Made by a program: the position numbers and the translations under genes
In this document: positions 11,331-23,527 of the stretch, piece by piece
Layout of the letters: every line of letters starts with the position of its first letter
Position numbering within the stretch: position 1 is the first letter of the stretch
Source of the DNA: Octopus bimaculoides
Taxonomy: Eukaryota
DNA length: 36,714 bases
Direction of reading: 5' to 3'
NCBI RefSeq assembly: GCF_001194135.2
Contig: NC_068983.1
Span: 110,501,239-110,537,952, forward strand
Notes under the pieces: model-generated
Database searches by the model: none
The model's input: only the letters and a program-made list of their open reading frames with translations
Told to the model about the DNA's origin: nothing

Positions 11331-12903
11331 CATTTTATACAGAAACTCTACGAAGAAGAGTTCTAAGCGTAGAAACTATCTTAAATAGAAAGAAAAATAA
11401 GCTTATATACATAGATAGACGAACACACTCACACACATGCACGCATATATGTTTGTGTAAATGCTAAACTTGTTGCGTGAACAGCAATAAAAATTATATT
11501 TTTCAAAGACAGGAAACATTACCTCATTACTTGTTTAATTCTGTTCATGTTTGGTTAATTAGTCACGCATTTTAGAAACATACATATTTGTATTAGAAAA
11601 TGCACGTGAAAGTTGTTTAGTATCTATAACGTAATTAAACGTAAACTTTTCTAAGACATAGATGAACTTAACAAAATTAAGAAAATAATTTTCTATAGAT
11701 TAGACAGTAATACCTACATAAGATAATTGACTGCTGCTTTAAATCTGCTACATTCAAACTTTTAGCATAGAATAAAAGAAAACAAACAAATTCTGCTTTA
11801 TAATTCATCCATATACAAAAGCATATAAGGATGAAAGTGTGACATTTATCATCTTAAAATATTCTTTGACGTAATTATAAGGTGAAATAATTTCAATGCA
11901 GAGTGAAATTGCTTCACAGTACTAGCTAACAAAGAAATATTTTGCTTCAAAATACATATTACAAATGAAAAAATATTTCTCTACATGGTAGGTTAACAGA
12001 ATGACGCTAATAACGAGACAGCCTTGGTCTTCAAAGCTTCCATTTTTTACTGCATTAAATGTCTGGGAAGGGTTCGATACGTTCTACCTACAATGTGACG
12101 GTTTCTTCTTCAGTGGAACACAATACTATAGTAAACGCAAAAATTATGCGATGCAAGAATTAGGTTTTCTACAGTTCTAAAATTATATCTACATTATAAA
12201 ATACTGATACATGAATGATGGAATAAACACACACCAGACAAATATCTCACATAATGAATATGCTACTGTAACAGGGAAATAAAAGAGAATTAGTTTGGGA
12301 GAGAGTAAGTCCCAGCATATGACTGAAGATATAACAAACTTAACCAAGTATAAACATTTGGAAGTAAAGATAATCAGAATTGTAAAGCAAAAAGTAATTC
12401 CTACATTAATGAGGTCATGGAATTGAATGGATGAAAATACGAAGTGAAGTAGATAACCAAATCACCAGGGCTTACACCTACATATAACATGCAGTAAATA
12501 CAAGTGCTATTGCACTAAAGATTACTTTAGATTCAACACAGTGCATAAAACTTAATAACAACAACATTACTAACTAACAAAGAACTCATTAACCCTTTTA
12601 AAGCTGTTTATAATGGAATGTATTTGGGATTGATCAAAATACCGTATTTTTTGCTAAAACGTCAGACAAATACGAATGATTCTATGACAACATCCTATAG
12701 TGAACTGGTAATCAGATTAAGGCAATCCTCTAAATGTTTCTAAAAGAGACAACGATATTAATTCTACATACTCAAGAGAAAAACAGAAAACCCTTAACAG
12801 GAAAGGACTATAACTTGTTTGTCAACAGTCTAAACAAAGTTCTAGTCATAAGAAGTGTATTCCTTTTTTGAAAGTTCCTTCTAATGTCTATTCTTCTGTC
12901 TAA

Positions 12904-12951
12904 CATTGACTATATTAAACAGTGTATCATTGACTATATTAAACAGTGTAT
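12904..12951. repeat. Perfect 24-bp tandem duplication
   Basis: cattgactatattaaacagtgtat occurs twice in tandem. Confidence 0.95.
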
Positions 12952-13035
12952 CTTTACCACCACACCTGATTTAATATCGACAGTATGAAACGAAATTTCA
13001 GAGTAAACAAAATAAAAACCGAAAAGTAAACATAC

Positions 13036-13278
13036 CTTCTGAACAATAGTTTGCAGTATTCAACAGAAAAGTTATTGTGAAATCTCAGCTAAAAACAGAA
13101 AATGAAGGTCTGACTGCACATGCTAAACAACAACACGAACGATACATATTTCAATCCCGTCATAAGAGATTTGAACACATACCCTGTTGCAATCTAGTCT
13201 GAAAAAAATTAAAGTATACTTAGAGGTACGACCGAATCGATAGCCGTGTTCATTTAATCCTTTCAGAGTGCAAATATC
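13036..13278 (-). other. Candidate pair of short exons (13278-13183 and 13088-13036) joined by a 94-nt intron
   Basis: Acceptors tttgtttattttcatttcag and ccttcattttctgtttttag; donors CAGG|gtatgt and AAG|gtatgt. Phase-compatible open frame DICTLKGLNEHGYRFGRTSKYTLIFFRLDCNR + LRFHNNFSVEYCKLLFR. No recognisable homology. Confidence 0.25.
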
Positions 13279-16172
13279 CTGAAATGAAAATAAACAAATT
13301 GTGGGTTTTGGGCGTCAAAACAGCATCAATAATAACTGGAGAAATAGGTATAGTTGTGAAGAACATTATCACTGCCAACATAAAATATCTCAAACATGAC
13401 ACATCTACATAATTCAAAGAAAGTCACCCAAGATACACACTGCACCTCCATAATGCAATTTCAATTTTCTAGATTCTTTTCACAGAGTAAGCTTGCTTCT
13501 ATCTCAAGCAACGCATGCTGATTCAAATCCTCACAAAGTAAAATGGCAATTCACAGAAGATATTCTGCAGAATTACTATCCAATAAACCTGCACGATATT
13601 AACTCATATATAAACAATATCTGAAGTATACTTCATGCACCAGATCAATCAGATCAGTTCACCCGAATCGTATTCAACAGATGTGCTACGAAATATTATA
13701 AGCATAAACCACAGAACGGATACCTTCTATAATCACATCAGGTAAATTAACACGAACTGTAACTCACACAGCATAAACACAATTACATTCCAACAAGAAA
13801 TTACATTAAGATTTTCCTCAGAAACTACCACATCATGTTAAAACTGGTAACAATCATGGAATACACAAATACAGAATATATTATGCCAGACAAATCAGGA
13901 TAAATAAACGAATATTGACTATATTGTCCCTGAAAAGACAGGATGGTCACGCCTATAATAGTAGTCAAATGATAATTCTACAACATTCAAAACGTGTCAA
14001 CACAACCAGAAAAGGAAAGTCAATGGTAGACAATACCATTCAGATGTCACAGGCGCAATATCGTTTTAAAGTGCTTCTAAAAATAATCGTTTCTCATTGT
14101 AAATATGAGATTTAAAAAAAAATCTAAAGATATTAAAATACAAATACGAAGTAGATTGTTCTGAAAATCCCTCGCCATTTAATCTCATGAAGATAATGTT
14201 TGCCTGTCTCCTTTTCAGAGTCGATAGAACACACCAGTTCAGGGATGTGATAAGCAGAAATACAAGAACGTCGGAATGGATAGCTCTTGTGACATCTATC
14301 CCACCTCTTTTCGATTTCAAATCCCGTCTGGCCCTACTTGGGTGGTAAATTTATTAATACATCACCTGCTTTAACGCCACCACCTCGCACCGTGAGTATC
14401 TTTATCGAGGTTTGCTCTGTTGTAAGCATTCGCGCCAGATCTCAGGTTTAAAGCTATTTTCCTTCCACCAGTATCGTTGTAGAGAAGGCAATAGCTGTAA
14501 AGATATTGCATCATCTACTAGAAAAACAAACATAAATAAAACGTGTTTCAAATAATAATTTGTAGAATTTTGAGAACAGTGAGACTATAAAGAACATAGT
14601 AATCGCATATAGTGAGAGAACTAGCATCTTCGTTAGACAAAGTACTGCTTATCTTCCCTGCACCATATTGACAAGGGAAATCAACTTGAAGATATTCAAT
14701 TGTTAGCCAACAATATTTACATACACCTGCTATGTAATGAACAGCACAGTAAGAATTTTCTAATATATTTCCTCTGTTTACTTGTTCTATTATAAGCTGA
14801 AATATGAAGCAGAAGATATTTTACTTGGTTTGAATATTCAGTGACTTCTGAATTCATTGAAATTTTGTAAAGTTATATAAATGCATATTGTTCATTGTTG
14901 ATAACGTGTGTACGGAACGAATCCCATCCATGTTCAGTGTAATTTTAAAATAGTTAGAAAAATGGCAATGAAGCTTTTTTATGCAACAAACACGGCCAAA
15001 TTTTCCAACAAAATTTATAAATACACTTTCACACTAATAGCCACATTTCCACACTCCCACGAATACCGTCATTGGGTAAGTTCCCAGTTCATTCAACAAG
15101 GCATCACTCTGAGATTCACTTCACATCTTAATCATCCACACTTATACATACATATATTACAAGACCATCATTTACAACAAAATTTTCCCAGGTATTCCAT
15201 TTTGCAACAGAGCTGTCCAACTCAAAAATTTGGCAAACAGTTCAACAATGTTCCTTCTATCACCTACCGACTAACATCATTACATGAAGAAAACAAAGTA
15301 CTTTTACCAACTCCAGAAAACAACGCATTACGGCAAGTCTCATACGAAACATTTCAGAATTCAGCGACAACACAGTCACTACAAAAACATTGCAGTATAT
15401 ACATTTCACAAAATAATTATAGGCGCGTATAAGTGAAATATTGTACAAGGCAACATAATAAAGTATATCCCCAATTACACATCAGAATTAGCTAACCTCA
15501 TAAAATCTAGTGACAACCTCAAACACAATATACCAAAACTATAGACAAATGCAATAAAACTCAGCATCAAACAACTAAATAAGGATACAGGAAAAAAAAC
15601 CTATAGAAAAACAGTAAATTGACAAACATTTATATACAACATGAAACGTGAACTAGCAGTAAAATACTAAGAAGAATGATTAACTTCATTAATATCCACA
15701 ACAATGGTAACTCACACCGATTGTAAAGATAACAATCTCAATATAAGTATACTGAAACATCAGCAACAGTCTCTTCCAAGATATTTCGCAAAAATCAACA
15801 ACTAAAAGCCATTCATGGATGGAGTTTTGGTTGTGTGACTCGCTCAGGTCATATGTACTTTTAAAAAAATGTGTTTGTCTTTTCTTCTCGCTAAGCTGTC
15901 ACTTCCCGCAAGATGATATTTCAGATTAGGCATATCTGAGGCGAGAGGTAGTTGAGAGATACTTGTATGTGTATCTATGCATCTATTCCAAAACGTCGAA
16001 GAGAAAGGAAGAATAATAGAAAGGGGGTTTGGATGGATATTTTTCTGGATGGTGGATTTAGAATCCGCTGTTCTGGATGTCGCTGCTGCTGCTGCTCGCC
16101 TTGTTATTACTCTTAGTTTTAGTACTACTACTACTGTCTTTGGTGTTGACTGCTTCACTGCTGCAGCTGGTA

Positions 16173-16517
16173 TCACACTTGTACAACTTTGCTGCCTTTG
16201 TGGCTACGGTATCGACACCAGTTGAAGTCCTCTCTAATGCCTTTTATTAAGCAAACAAAAATCTTAAGTGGCGCTTCGCTCAGAACAGGTACCTTTTGGC
16301 CTACTGACATCAATCGCAGCACGGAATTCCACTCCATTGGGCAGGTGGATAAGATGTGGGGAACTTTTCCACCTCTTCTGGTTTGAATAGGGAGACGATA
16401 TCCACTGTGGTATTTGACCACAACTCCATCCATCTTTCTTCGAAGGGTGAATTGATTCTCTTCAAAATGAGGCAAGGTAGGAACCATCAAATGCCCAACC
16501 AAAGTTGAACTGTCCAT
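16173..16517 (-). CDS. Hypothetical 114-aa protein of unknown function
   Basis: Non-repetitive ORF in a GC-enriched block, strong start context caaaATGG, preceded by a CT-microsatellite leader-like sequence. I recognise no domain. Confidence 0.3.
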   Translation of the reverse strand: MDSSTLVGHLMVPTLPHFEENQFTLRRKMDGVVVKYHSGYRLPIQTRRGGKVPHILSTCPMEWNSVLRLMSVGQKVPVLSEAPLKIFVCLIKGIREDFNWCRYRSHKGSKVVQV

Positions 16518-17376
16518 TTTGAAGCGGCAGGTCTTTCTCCCTATGTATTTTGTGTGTTTGCAGATTGAGAGGAGAGAGAGAGAGAGAGAGTTCCTTGTTC
16601 GGTATTGCAGATATTGAATACTTCAGCGCGAGAGCTTAGCTGTTGAAAAGGACCACCGCAGCTCCGAACTGCAATGCCCTGCTGACTGTGTCCATATTTA
16701 TATCGGGTACCATTTCTCTTGATTATGTTTAACTGCTTTCAAGCGTTGAGTTTTACAGCACAAACACCGATGCACTATTGTCTTCCGTGTGGTTTCTGCA
16801 AAACTCTTGACTGGGATGGCGATGTGTATATTCTTCCCATTCACCTTCACGAACTGCTTAGAGAAAAATTGCTTTCCACTAGCAATTATTTTGTCGTACG
16901 TTCTATTTCTCTTCCTGTTACTATTTTCCGTTGTTGTTGTAGTAGTTGTTTTTACTGCTCTAGGATATTGGTGTCGCAGCCATTCTTGTTGCTACTCTTG
17001 TTTTGTTGCTACTGGTGTCGTTGTTAAAACATTCCGTAATTATTGATGTTGTTATAGTTTCTGTTGTTCCCGAGCTTCTGCTCTCTCGTGAAGCTGATTG
17101 TAGCATGAGGTTCTCCTTTTACCTCATTATTGTGACTGTTAGAGGACGTCGGTGAAGCCACAGTTCCAACGAGTAAAGATAAATGCATACAAGAGAGAAA
17201 AAGTACTATACCCTGTAGAGTACAACTTAGAAGCCACCCCTCCGCAGCCAGTGAATTTTTGGGTCCTTATGTAAAGTTGTTATAAAGATTAAAGGACGTA
17301 AACAAATAATTTCCGATCAAACAGAAGACACTTTTAGAAGCAGACGTGACACACGTACAAACCACACAGCAACATT

Positions 17377-17600
17377 AATAATAATCCTTTCTATTATAGA
17401 TAGAAAGCCTAACATTTTGGTGGGAGCGAGATAGTCGATTACATCGACGCCAGTACTTAAGTGGTACTTAATTTATCGACCCCGAAAGGATAAAAGGCAA
17501 AGTCGGTCTCGGCGGAGTTTGAACTCAGAACGTAGCGACGGGCGAAATATCGCTAAGCATTTCGTCCAGCGGGCTAACAATTCTGCTAACTCGCCGCCTT
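17377..17600 (-). mobile_element. tRNA-derived SINE, full length
   Basis: Head aaggcggcgagttagcagaattgttagcccgctggacgaaatgcttagcgatatttcg; B box gagttcaaactcc; (ATT)n tail. Confidence 0.9.
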
Positions 17601-17671
17601 ACAGCAATAATAATAATGTTTTTAAATTTGGGCACTTCAAACCTAACACTAGACTGATATTTATCTTATTC

Positions 17672-17890
17672 TTTTCTACTCTAGGCACAAGGCCCGGAAT
17701 TTTGTGGGGAGTGGACCAGTCGATTAGATCGAGATAGATCCCGGTACCAAATGGTACTTAATTTATCGACCCCAGAAGGATGAAAGGCAAAGTCGACCTC
17801 GGTGAAATTTGAACTTAAAACGTAAAGATAGACGAAATACCGCTAAGCATTTCACCTGGCGTGCTAACGTTTCTGCCAGCTCACCGCATT
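17672..17890 (-). mobile_element. tRNA-derived SINE, full length, same family
   Basis: aatgcggtgagctggcagaaacgttagcacgccaggtgaaatgcttagcggtatttcgtc...aagttcaaatttcaccgaggtcgactttgcc...gggccttgtgcctagagtagaaaagaa. Confidence 0.9.
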
Positions 17891-18041
17891 TGATACTTAT
17901 TGACCTCAAAAGAATGAAAAACAAAGACGACCTTTGTGTAATTTCAATATAGGCTGAAAAGCTGGATGAAATGTCGCTAATTATAGAGTTCAGTGTGTTT
18001 CCGATTCGGGCAGTTCGCTGCTTTAATAGTAATCATCATCA

Positions 18042-18263
18042 TAATAATAATCCTACCTATAATAGGCACAAGGCCTGGTATTTATGGGGAGGCGGCAAAC
18101 CAATTACGTCGACCTCAGTGCTCAAGGTCTTTCATCCTTTCGATTCTGAAAAGATGAATGGCAAAGAAAGTCAGCCACACCAGAATATGAAATCAGAATG
18201 TAGGGACGGAGAAAATGCTGCTAAGTCTTTTATCCGACGTGCTAACGGTTATGCCAGCTCACC
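18042..18263 (-). mobile_element. tRNA-derived SINE, older copy of the same family
   Basis: ggtgagctggcataaccgttagcacgtcgg head; aggccttgtgcctattatag...(ATT)n tail. Confidence 0.8.
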
Positions 18264-18265
18264 AA

Positions 18266-20609
18266 CATTGGCTAAGACAATTTTTGTTGCATTGGTACCA
18301 ACGATTGCAAATACCAAACTTGAATATGCTGAATCGAATATGAAGTTAGTTTTTCTCTGTAAGCTCTAGACTTTTTGTACTTAAAGCTTTTTTATATTTT
18401 CTGAATTTCGAGTATTTCCAGAGATATGATGCAATCCCTATGCGAATTTTCTTATACTATCTTCGGACTAGGTGGCAAAGAACAAATATCTATGCATTCA
18501 GATTCTAACTTTATTCATATATACGAGTTAAAATACCACAATAAGAATTAGGCTATAAATGCAATATTTCTTTTTCCCATACTGAGTAAAATGGTTGTTA
18601 TTGTGCACCAGTTTTTTCGCCATCTGCTTTTCAGTTACACAAATATATATTATATACAGATGACAGGTGTACATAGTTGAGAAACTGATTAGGATGGAAG
18701 ATAAACACAGATAGGTCTTATTCAGGCTAAAATTTGTGCTGAAACTCTTGCGTTCGTAGACTTTCACATGTAAATTTTGTTTAATGCTCCAGCAGTAGTC
18801 TTCTATCATGTTTTTGTCCCATCACTCTTGATAACGCTCTTCTGTTGTCCTAAGGTCTTGATGGAAGCACTCTCTTTGTTCATCACTTGCATCTCCAATG
18901 TTTTCAGGAAATTGATCGAGGTGTTTGTGGAGGAAATGGAGTTTAACGCTCATGTTACACTCAAGATCATGGAAAGTTAACAGCATAATATTTCCAAGAA
19001 TATTTTTTATGACTGCTACGAATGACAGCTATGCTGCTCTTTCCTTGTCATTCATCTTTCCAACAAATTCCTCATCACGTACGAAGGCAAGAAGCTGATG
19101 TCTGTCAAACATACCTGCTTTGATCTTCTCGAATGATAAACCAAAAAAGGCAGAGACTATATGTTGAAAACATACACCATCAGTATTCAATGCCTTAGTG
19201 AATTTCTTCAAGCCCAGCTTTATATGGTGTTATGGAAAAATAATCTTTTCTCGGCTAACAATTGGATCATTCACAATATTTCGTCTACCAGCTTCCAAAA
19301 TCTCACGAATGGGCCACTTCTTCTGAACCCAGTGTTTCTCTAAAGCACGGCTGTCCCACATACAGAGATAGCAAGGATACTTTGTGAAACATTTCTGTTG
19401 GCCGAAAAGTAAATCGACCATTTTCTAAACTACATAAATAGACTGGTTCTGCTCATGATACTTTAGTTGCTCAATAACCTTTTCTATGTCATTGTACTCG
19501 TTCTACAAATGCACTGAGTGACCAAGTAGGGCAGCTCCATAACCATTGCCATTGTGTGGGAGAACACACTTTAGGCTGCACTGAGAAATATCTAGAAATA
19601 ATTACGAGTCAGTTGAACTGTAAAAGGGGATTCCTAATTCCCGGAGAAGACCAGCAAAGTCATGGCAGTAAACAAAATATTTTTCTTCTGAAAAAAAAAA
19701 ATGACATAGAAATCTGGTCTCGTTTTCGAAAAGAAGAAACTGTTGCAGTTTTATCAAGTAGATGTTTTTTTTTAGCAGTCTGGATGCTTGAACAGCAGTT
19801 GCAGTCCTGGAGAGTCTCAAATCACGCACTAAATCATTCAATCCTGTTTGGCTAAATTGTTGAGGAGTTGATCTTTCGGTACTATAAGATGAGACATTAA
19901 ATTCTGAAATAATTTCGTAAACTTCGTTATCATCCTCGTACTCTTGTTCGTTACCTTCATCTTCGGAAGAAGTAAACCCAAGGAAAACTGGAATCAGGAG
20001 TGTCTCAGAGTGCACATTAGGTCTAATTTCTGAAGGAGTATTGGGATAAGATATTTTATACCTATTTTTCTTCCCGATGCTTTTTGTGTTGACCATACAA
20101 AAATACCAGTCACTTGTGTGGCCCACTGACTCTCGCCAAACCATAGGAGCTTCAAATAGCAGGCCCTTTCGTTTTCATGTTGCCCAGTCACGAAGCATTT
20201 CCTCAAAACATGAGAGGCCAATTTTTTGTCTTGATCACCTAGGGGAATTCGAAAATAGACTTTATAAGCTCGACTCACAAAGAATATGATATTGCACCTT
20301 TGACAAATAAATATGAAGGAGTCACAGAAATAGCAGAAGACATCAGCACTATTCACACTTCTATGTCTACTTGAAGAAGCCATGATCATATCTCAAAAAT
20401 CACAATTATCAATTCTTTGTAAGTAGGATATATGCAACTCAGTATGTCATATTTAACTATAAATGTATAAAATGTTCGTCTTCAAATTGCAAGAAAACTA
20501 GAACATGAAGAACAAAACCGGTTACAGATTTGAAATTAGCCCCCAAAAGACAGAATCAGTAAAAAAATCTCATGCCACAGAAAATTAAAAACAAAATTGT
20601 TGTTCTGTG
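18266..20609 (-). mobile_element. Chapaev-type (Chapaev3-like, CMC superfamily) DNA transposon, near full length, non-functional
   Basis: Transposase fragments carry FCYFC...GDQDK..SH (Chapa zinc finger), MVWRE..GH.SDWYFC, KYPCYLCMWDSR, KIKAGMFD and MSVKLHFLHKHLDQFPEN.G..SDEQ.E.FHQD. Termini are CACAGAACAACAATTTT (minus strand, 20609) and a degenerate CATTGGCTAAGACAATTTTT (18266), flanked by TAA and CAA (3-bp TSD with one mismatch). Confidence 0.75.
18740..20389 (-). pseudogene. Chapaev-type transposase pseudogene (frameshifts, in-frame stops, internal deletions)
   Basis: ORF pieces 20389-19994, 20144-19602, 19421-19230, 19211-19029 and onward to about 18740. Conserved AAWLSF reads AA*LSF (TAG at 19029-19031); a second in-frame stop (TGA) sits in YQE*WD. 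Confidence 0.8.
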
Positions 20610-21399
20610 TAATAGTAGTAGTAGTGGTAGTCGCAATGGTAGTAGCAGTAGTAGTAATTGTAGTTTTAGTATTAGTCGTGGGACGATCACTACACCAATA
20701 ACAACACACGCATTAGTTCAATTTTATTTTCTTTATTGTTAATCTATTGATTGAATGTCGAACCAACTAACCGATTGTTTGATTAATGTGCTGGTGAAAC
20801 AATCAATGGGTTGTTTGTCAGTCCTTCCATCGCTTTTCGCGACCTTATCAATTACATGCGTTCTCACTTCCAATTCTGCTTTATAAGTTTAATCGAACGA
20901 GTTTCTGATATTTAACATCTGGTTTCTTTCAAATCTTCGTACAGTCACTAATTTTTTTATAATAATGTACTTTCTCACCTTTTTCTTCTTTATGAAACTC
21001 TTCGATGCAATATTCATGAATCTTGTGCCCTCTTATAAACGAGGTTCTAGTTTGAGTTGATATTATAAGACGGATGATTTTGTAATCAAACTATTTATGT
21101 TCTGTAGTCAACTGTACATTGATAGTCTTTATGTACTGAATTTACAGTTTATTCAAATTACGAAATTAGTCATCGCTTTCAATTTTCATTGATTCACGCA
21201 TAGAAATATTTTGTATTTTTATTATAAGAGTTTTATTTCAAATTGACAATTCTCTTATTGTTTGCATGTAAAATTGCCTTTCTTTCGTCTCATTTGTCTC
21301 AAGTATTTTCTTGTGTATGTGTCATACACTACTGTAAGGGAGTACGTGGTGGTTTTAGAGCCTACATATCGTCAACTGGAGAGGCAGTTTCATGCCATC

Positions 21400-22100
21400 C
21401 AAAATGATTGTAAGGTACTGGACGGACGGACTGGTTAAATTACTTGAGAGCTGTTTAACCTAGTTCTGCAGATGGACAAAGAGATGATGGTAGGGTAGAC
21501 ATTCATACCTAAAAGGGACCAAGAAAGCTTGCTCCTTTGCTTTCTGCAGACAGGACGTTTTCAGCTGATCAGACCGTCCATTTGTTATGAATATCCGCTG
21601 CGTGGAGGACAGGACATACCATGGCTGATGACGCTCAAATATACGCTAACGCTACAATATCTCCAGCGTTACCTTGACTGTGAGCAGGTACGATCGCTGT
21701 TTGCAAGACTTGCTTTTCTGCGTTTCTGATAGAGATGCAGTGCTGCGTCACGTGTAGGATAAGAGAGGATGACTAGCATCTATACTGCTATCAGGCACTC
21801 ACATCTCTCTGCCTATCGTCCAAAGCGGCAGGTGTTTGTTCCACCATGTCCTGTAAACGATTAGTAGTGGATCAAAGCGACACTGTTCTAGCTGAAACTA
21901 AGGACGTCGATGAAAATTGTCTGTCTTTTTTGCCGGATTTGAGATGAACTCTACAGGCATAGTAGTGCTGTCATCCACGCTTACCCGAGACGTGCGTAGA
22001 GTGACGAAAGAATCTTGCTCGCGCTTATTGAATACTTGACCTTTGTTGACTTGTAGATTTATGTCGAACAGCTGCTCTCACGTGTAATATGGAGTTCACT
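21400..22100 (+). mobile_element. Very old non-LTR retrotransposon RT remnant (R2/NeSL-like motif order)
   Basis: GC-richer island with collinear degenerate motifs ELFNLVL, TFIPKRD, IRPSIC, LAFL, VDQSD (cf. VKQGD) and HAY (cf. AYADD), broken by stops and frameshifts. Confidence 0.35.
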
Positions 22101-22280
22101 ATCGATACTCTTGTTAAGTACGTTGACTTAAGTAGGATTTTTGGTTACTCCCGAGAGCATTTTATCCCTAATGGGATAAAAAAATTTCTAGTAACCTTTC
22201 TTTCTTTTCCGTTTATTTTTCTAAAACCTCTCTGTCGTTGCCTTCGTAATGTCTTAAATGGTCTTTGTGACCCTTGTCTC

Positions 22281-22306
22281 CAATAATAACAACAACAACA
22301 ACAACA

Positions 22307-22364
<58 letters not shown>

Positions 22365-22378
22365 TTGTTGTTGTTTTT
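22281..22378. repeat. Compound (AAT)(AAC)n(TAC)n(TTG)n microsatellite
   Basis: Direct reading; source of the poly-V ORF 22213-22410. Confidence 0.95.
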
Positions 22379-23155
22379 GCAGGAAAAGGTAAATCTTTGG
22401 GTGCTTTCATTTATCAGTTTCTCGACTGTGTTATGTGAATTGTTTTGTTACCATCGGGTACATCTCCATTTTCAGAGTGATGTGACATTTTGTTGATGTT
22501 GACATTTTCTTATGCTACGCCTGTTTCATTTTTTCTGAGATTCGTTTTGCTATGTTCCGTTATGTGAAGTATATGTTGCTGGGCTTTGTTGGACTCGTGT
22601 TACTTATCTACTTTGTGGTTTGTGTAATGTGTTTTGGAGTTCGATGCTGATTATTGTTGACTATACTTGCTACGTATTATACGTTCCTTCTTCCTTTTTG
22701 ATCCATTGTTGAATTTTTGCATTGTGTTGATTGGTTTTCTTTTATTTTCCTTTCCAGTATGCTTTGATCATTCTTGATATAAGAATGTTCTTTGAATGAT
22801 ATATTTTGATAACGATTTACATACACTTATCGTTTCCTTACAGTGTGTCATGTTTATTGATCTTATAGAATTTCTGAATTTCTTTTCCTTTTTTACGTGC
22901 TGGATCCTTCTTTACGTATTTTGCTAAGTAAACATATATGCTTTTCTTTCGTGTCCATATGGATGTTTCCTTTCTATTTTTGAAATTGGTGCTGAGGAGG
23001 GTCTGGCTCAATGGGTTCAAAGCAAGGTTCTATTTATTTCTGTAGCTTCTGCATAGCTGAGACCACTCGGTTTGTTGGCACGTGGATAGCTTGTTTCTGT
23101 GACAGTTTCTTTTGACGATCTATGTTACAGTTACATATATATATATATCCTTTAG

Positions 23156-23527
23156 GCGCAATGGCCCATTGGTTAGGGCAGTGGACTCGCGGTCATAGGA
23201 TCGCGGTTTCGATTCCCAGACCGGGCGTTGTGAGTGTTTATTCAGCGAAAACACCTAAAGCTCCACGAGGCTCCGGCAGGGGATGGTGGCGAACCCTGCT
23301 GTACTCTTTCACCACAACTTTTTCTCACTCTTCCTGTTTCTGTTGTGCCTGTAATTCAAAGGGTCAGCCTTGTCACTATGTGTCACGCTGAATATCCCCG
23401 AAAACTACGTTAAGGGTACACGTGTCAGTGGAGTGCTCAGCCACTTGCACGTTAATTTCACGAGCAGGCTGTTCCGTTGATCGGATCAACTGGAACCCTG
23501 GACGTCGTAAGCGACGGAGTGCCAACA
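23156..23527 (+). mobile_element. Young tRNA-derived SINE with a 13-bp target-site duplication
   Basis: A box tggcccattgg, B box gtttcgattcc; ATATATCCTTTAG at both 23143-23155 and 23528-23540; highly similar to 28723-29093. Confidence 0.92.

Noticed and set aside
14908-15432. 174-aa plus-strand ORF, the longest gap-free ORF outside the transposon
   Set aside because: GTG start, no recognisable motif, and T/H/Q/N-rich composition explained by the A/C skew that depletes stop codons on this strand.
16173-16700. Antizyme-like frameshift, WD40-like (WAFDGSYLAS) or glutamine-synthetase-like reading of alternative frames
   Set aside because: No TCC-TGA shift site and only 6-8 residue resemblances bounded by stops.
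19029-19031. TAG at a conserved Trp of the Chapaev transposase that A-to-I editing could repair
   Set aside because: The ORF also has frameshifts, a TGA stop and deletions, so editing could not restore it.
21626-21650. MADDAQIY resembling the L2 YADDTQLY motif
   Set aside because: Flanking L2 motifs are absent; the position fits an earlier RT subdomain of the putative R2-like remnant better.
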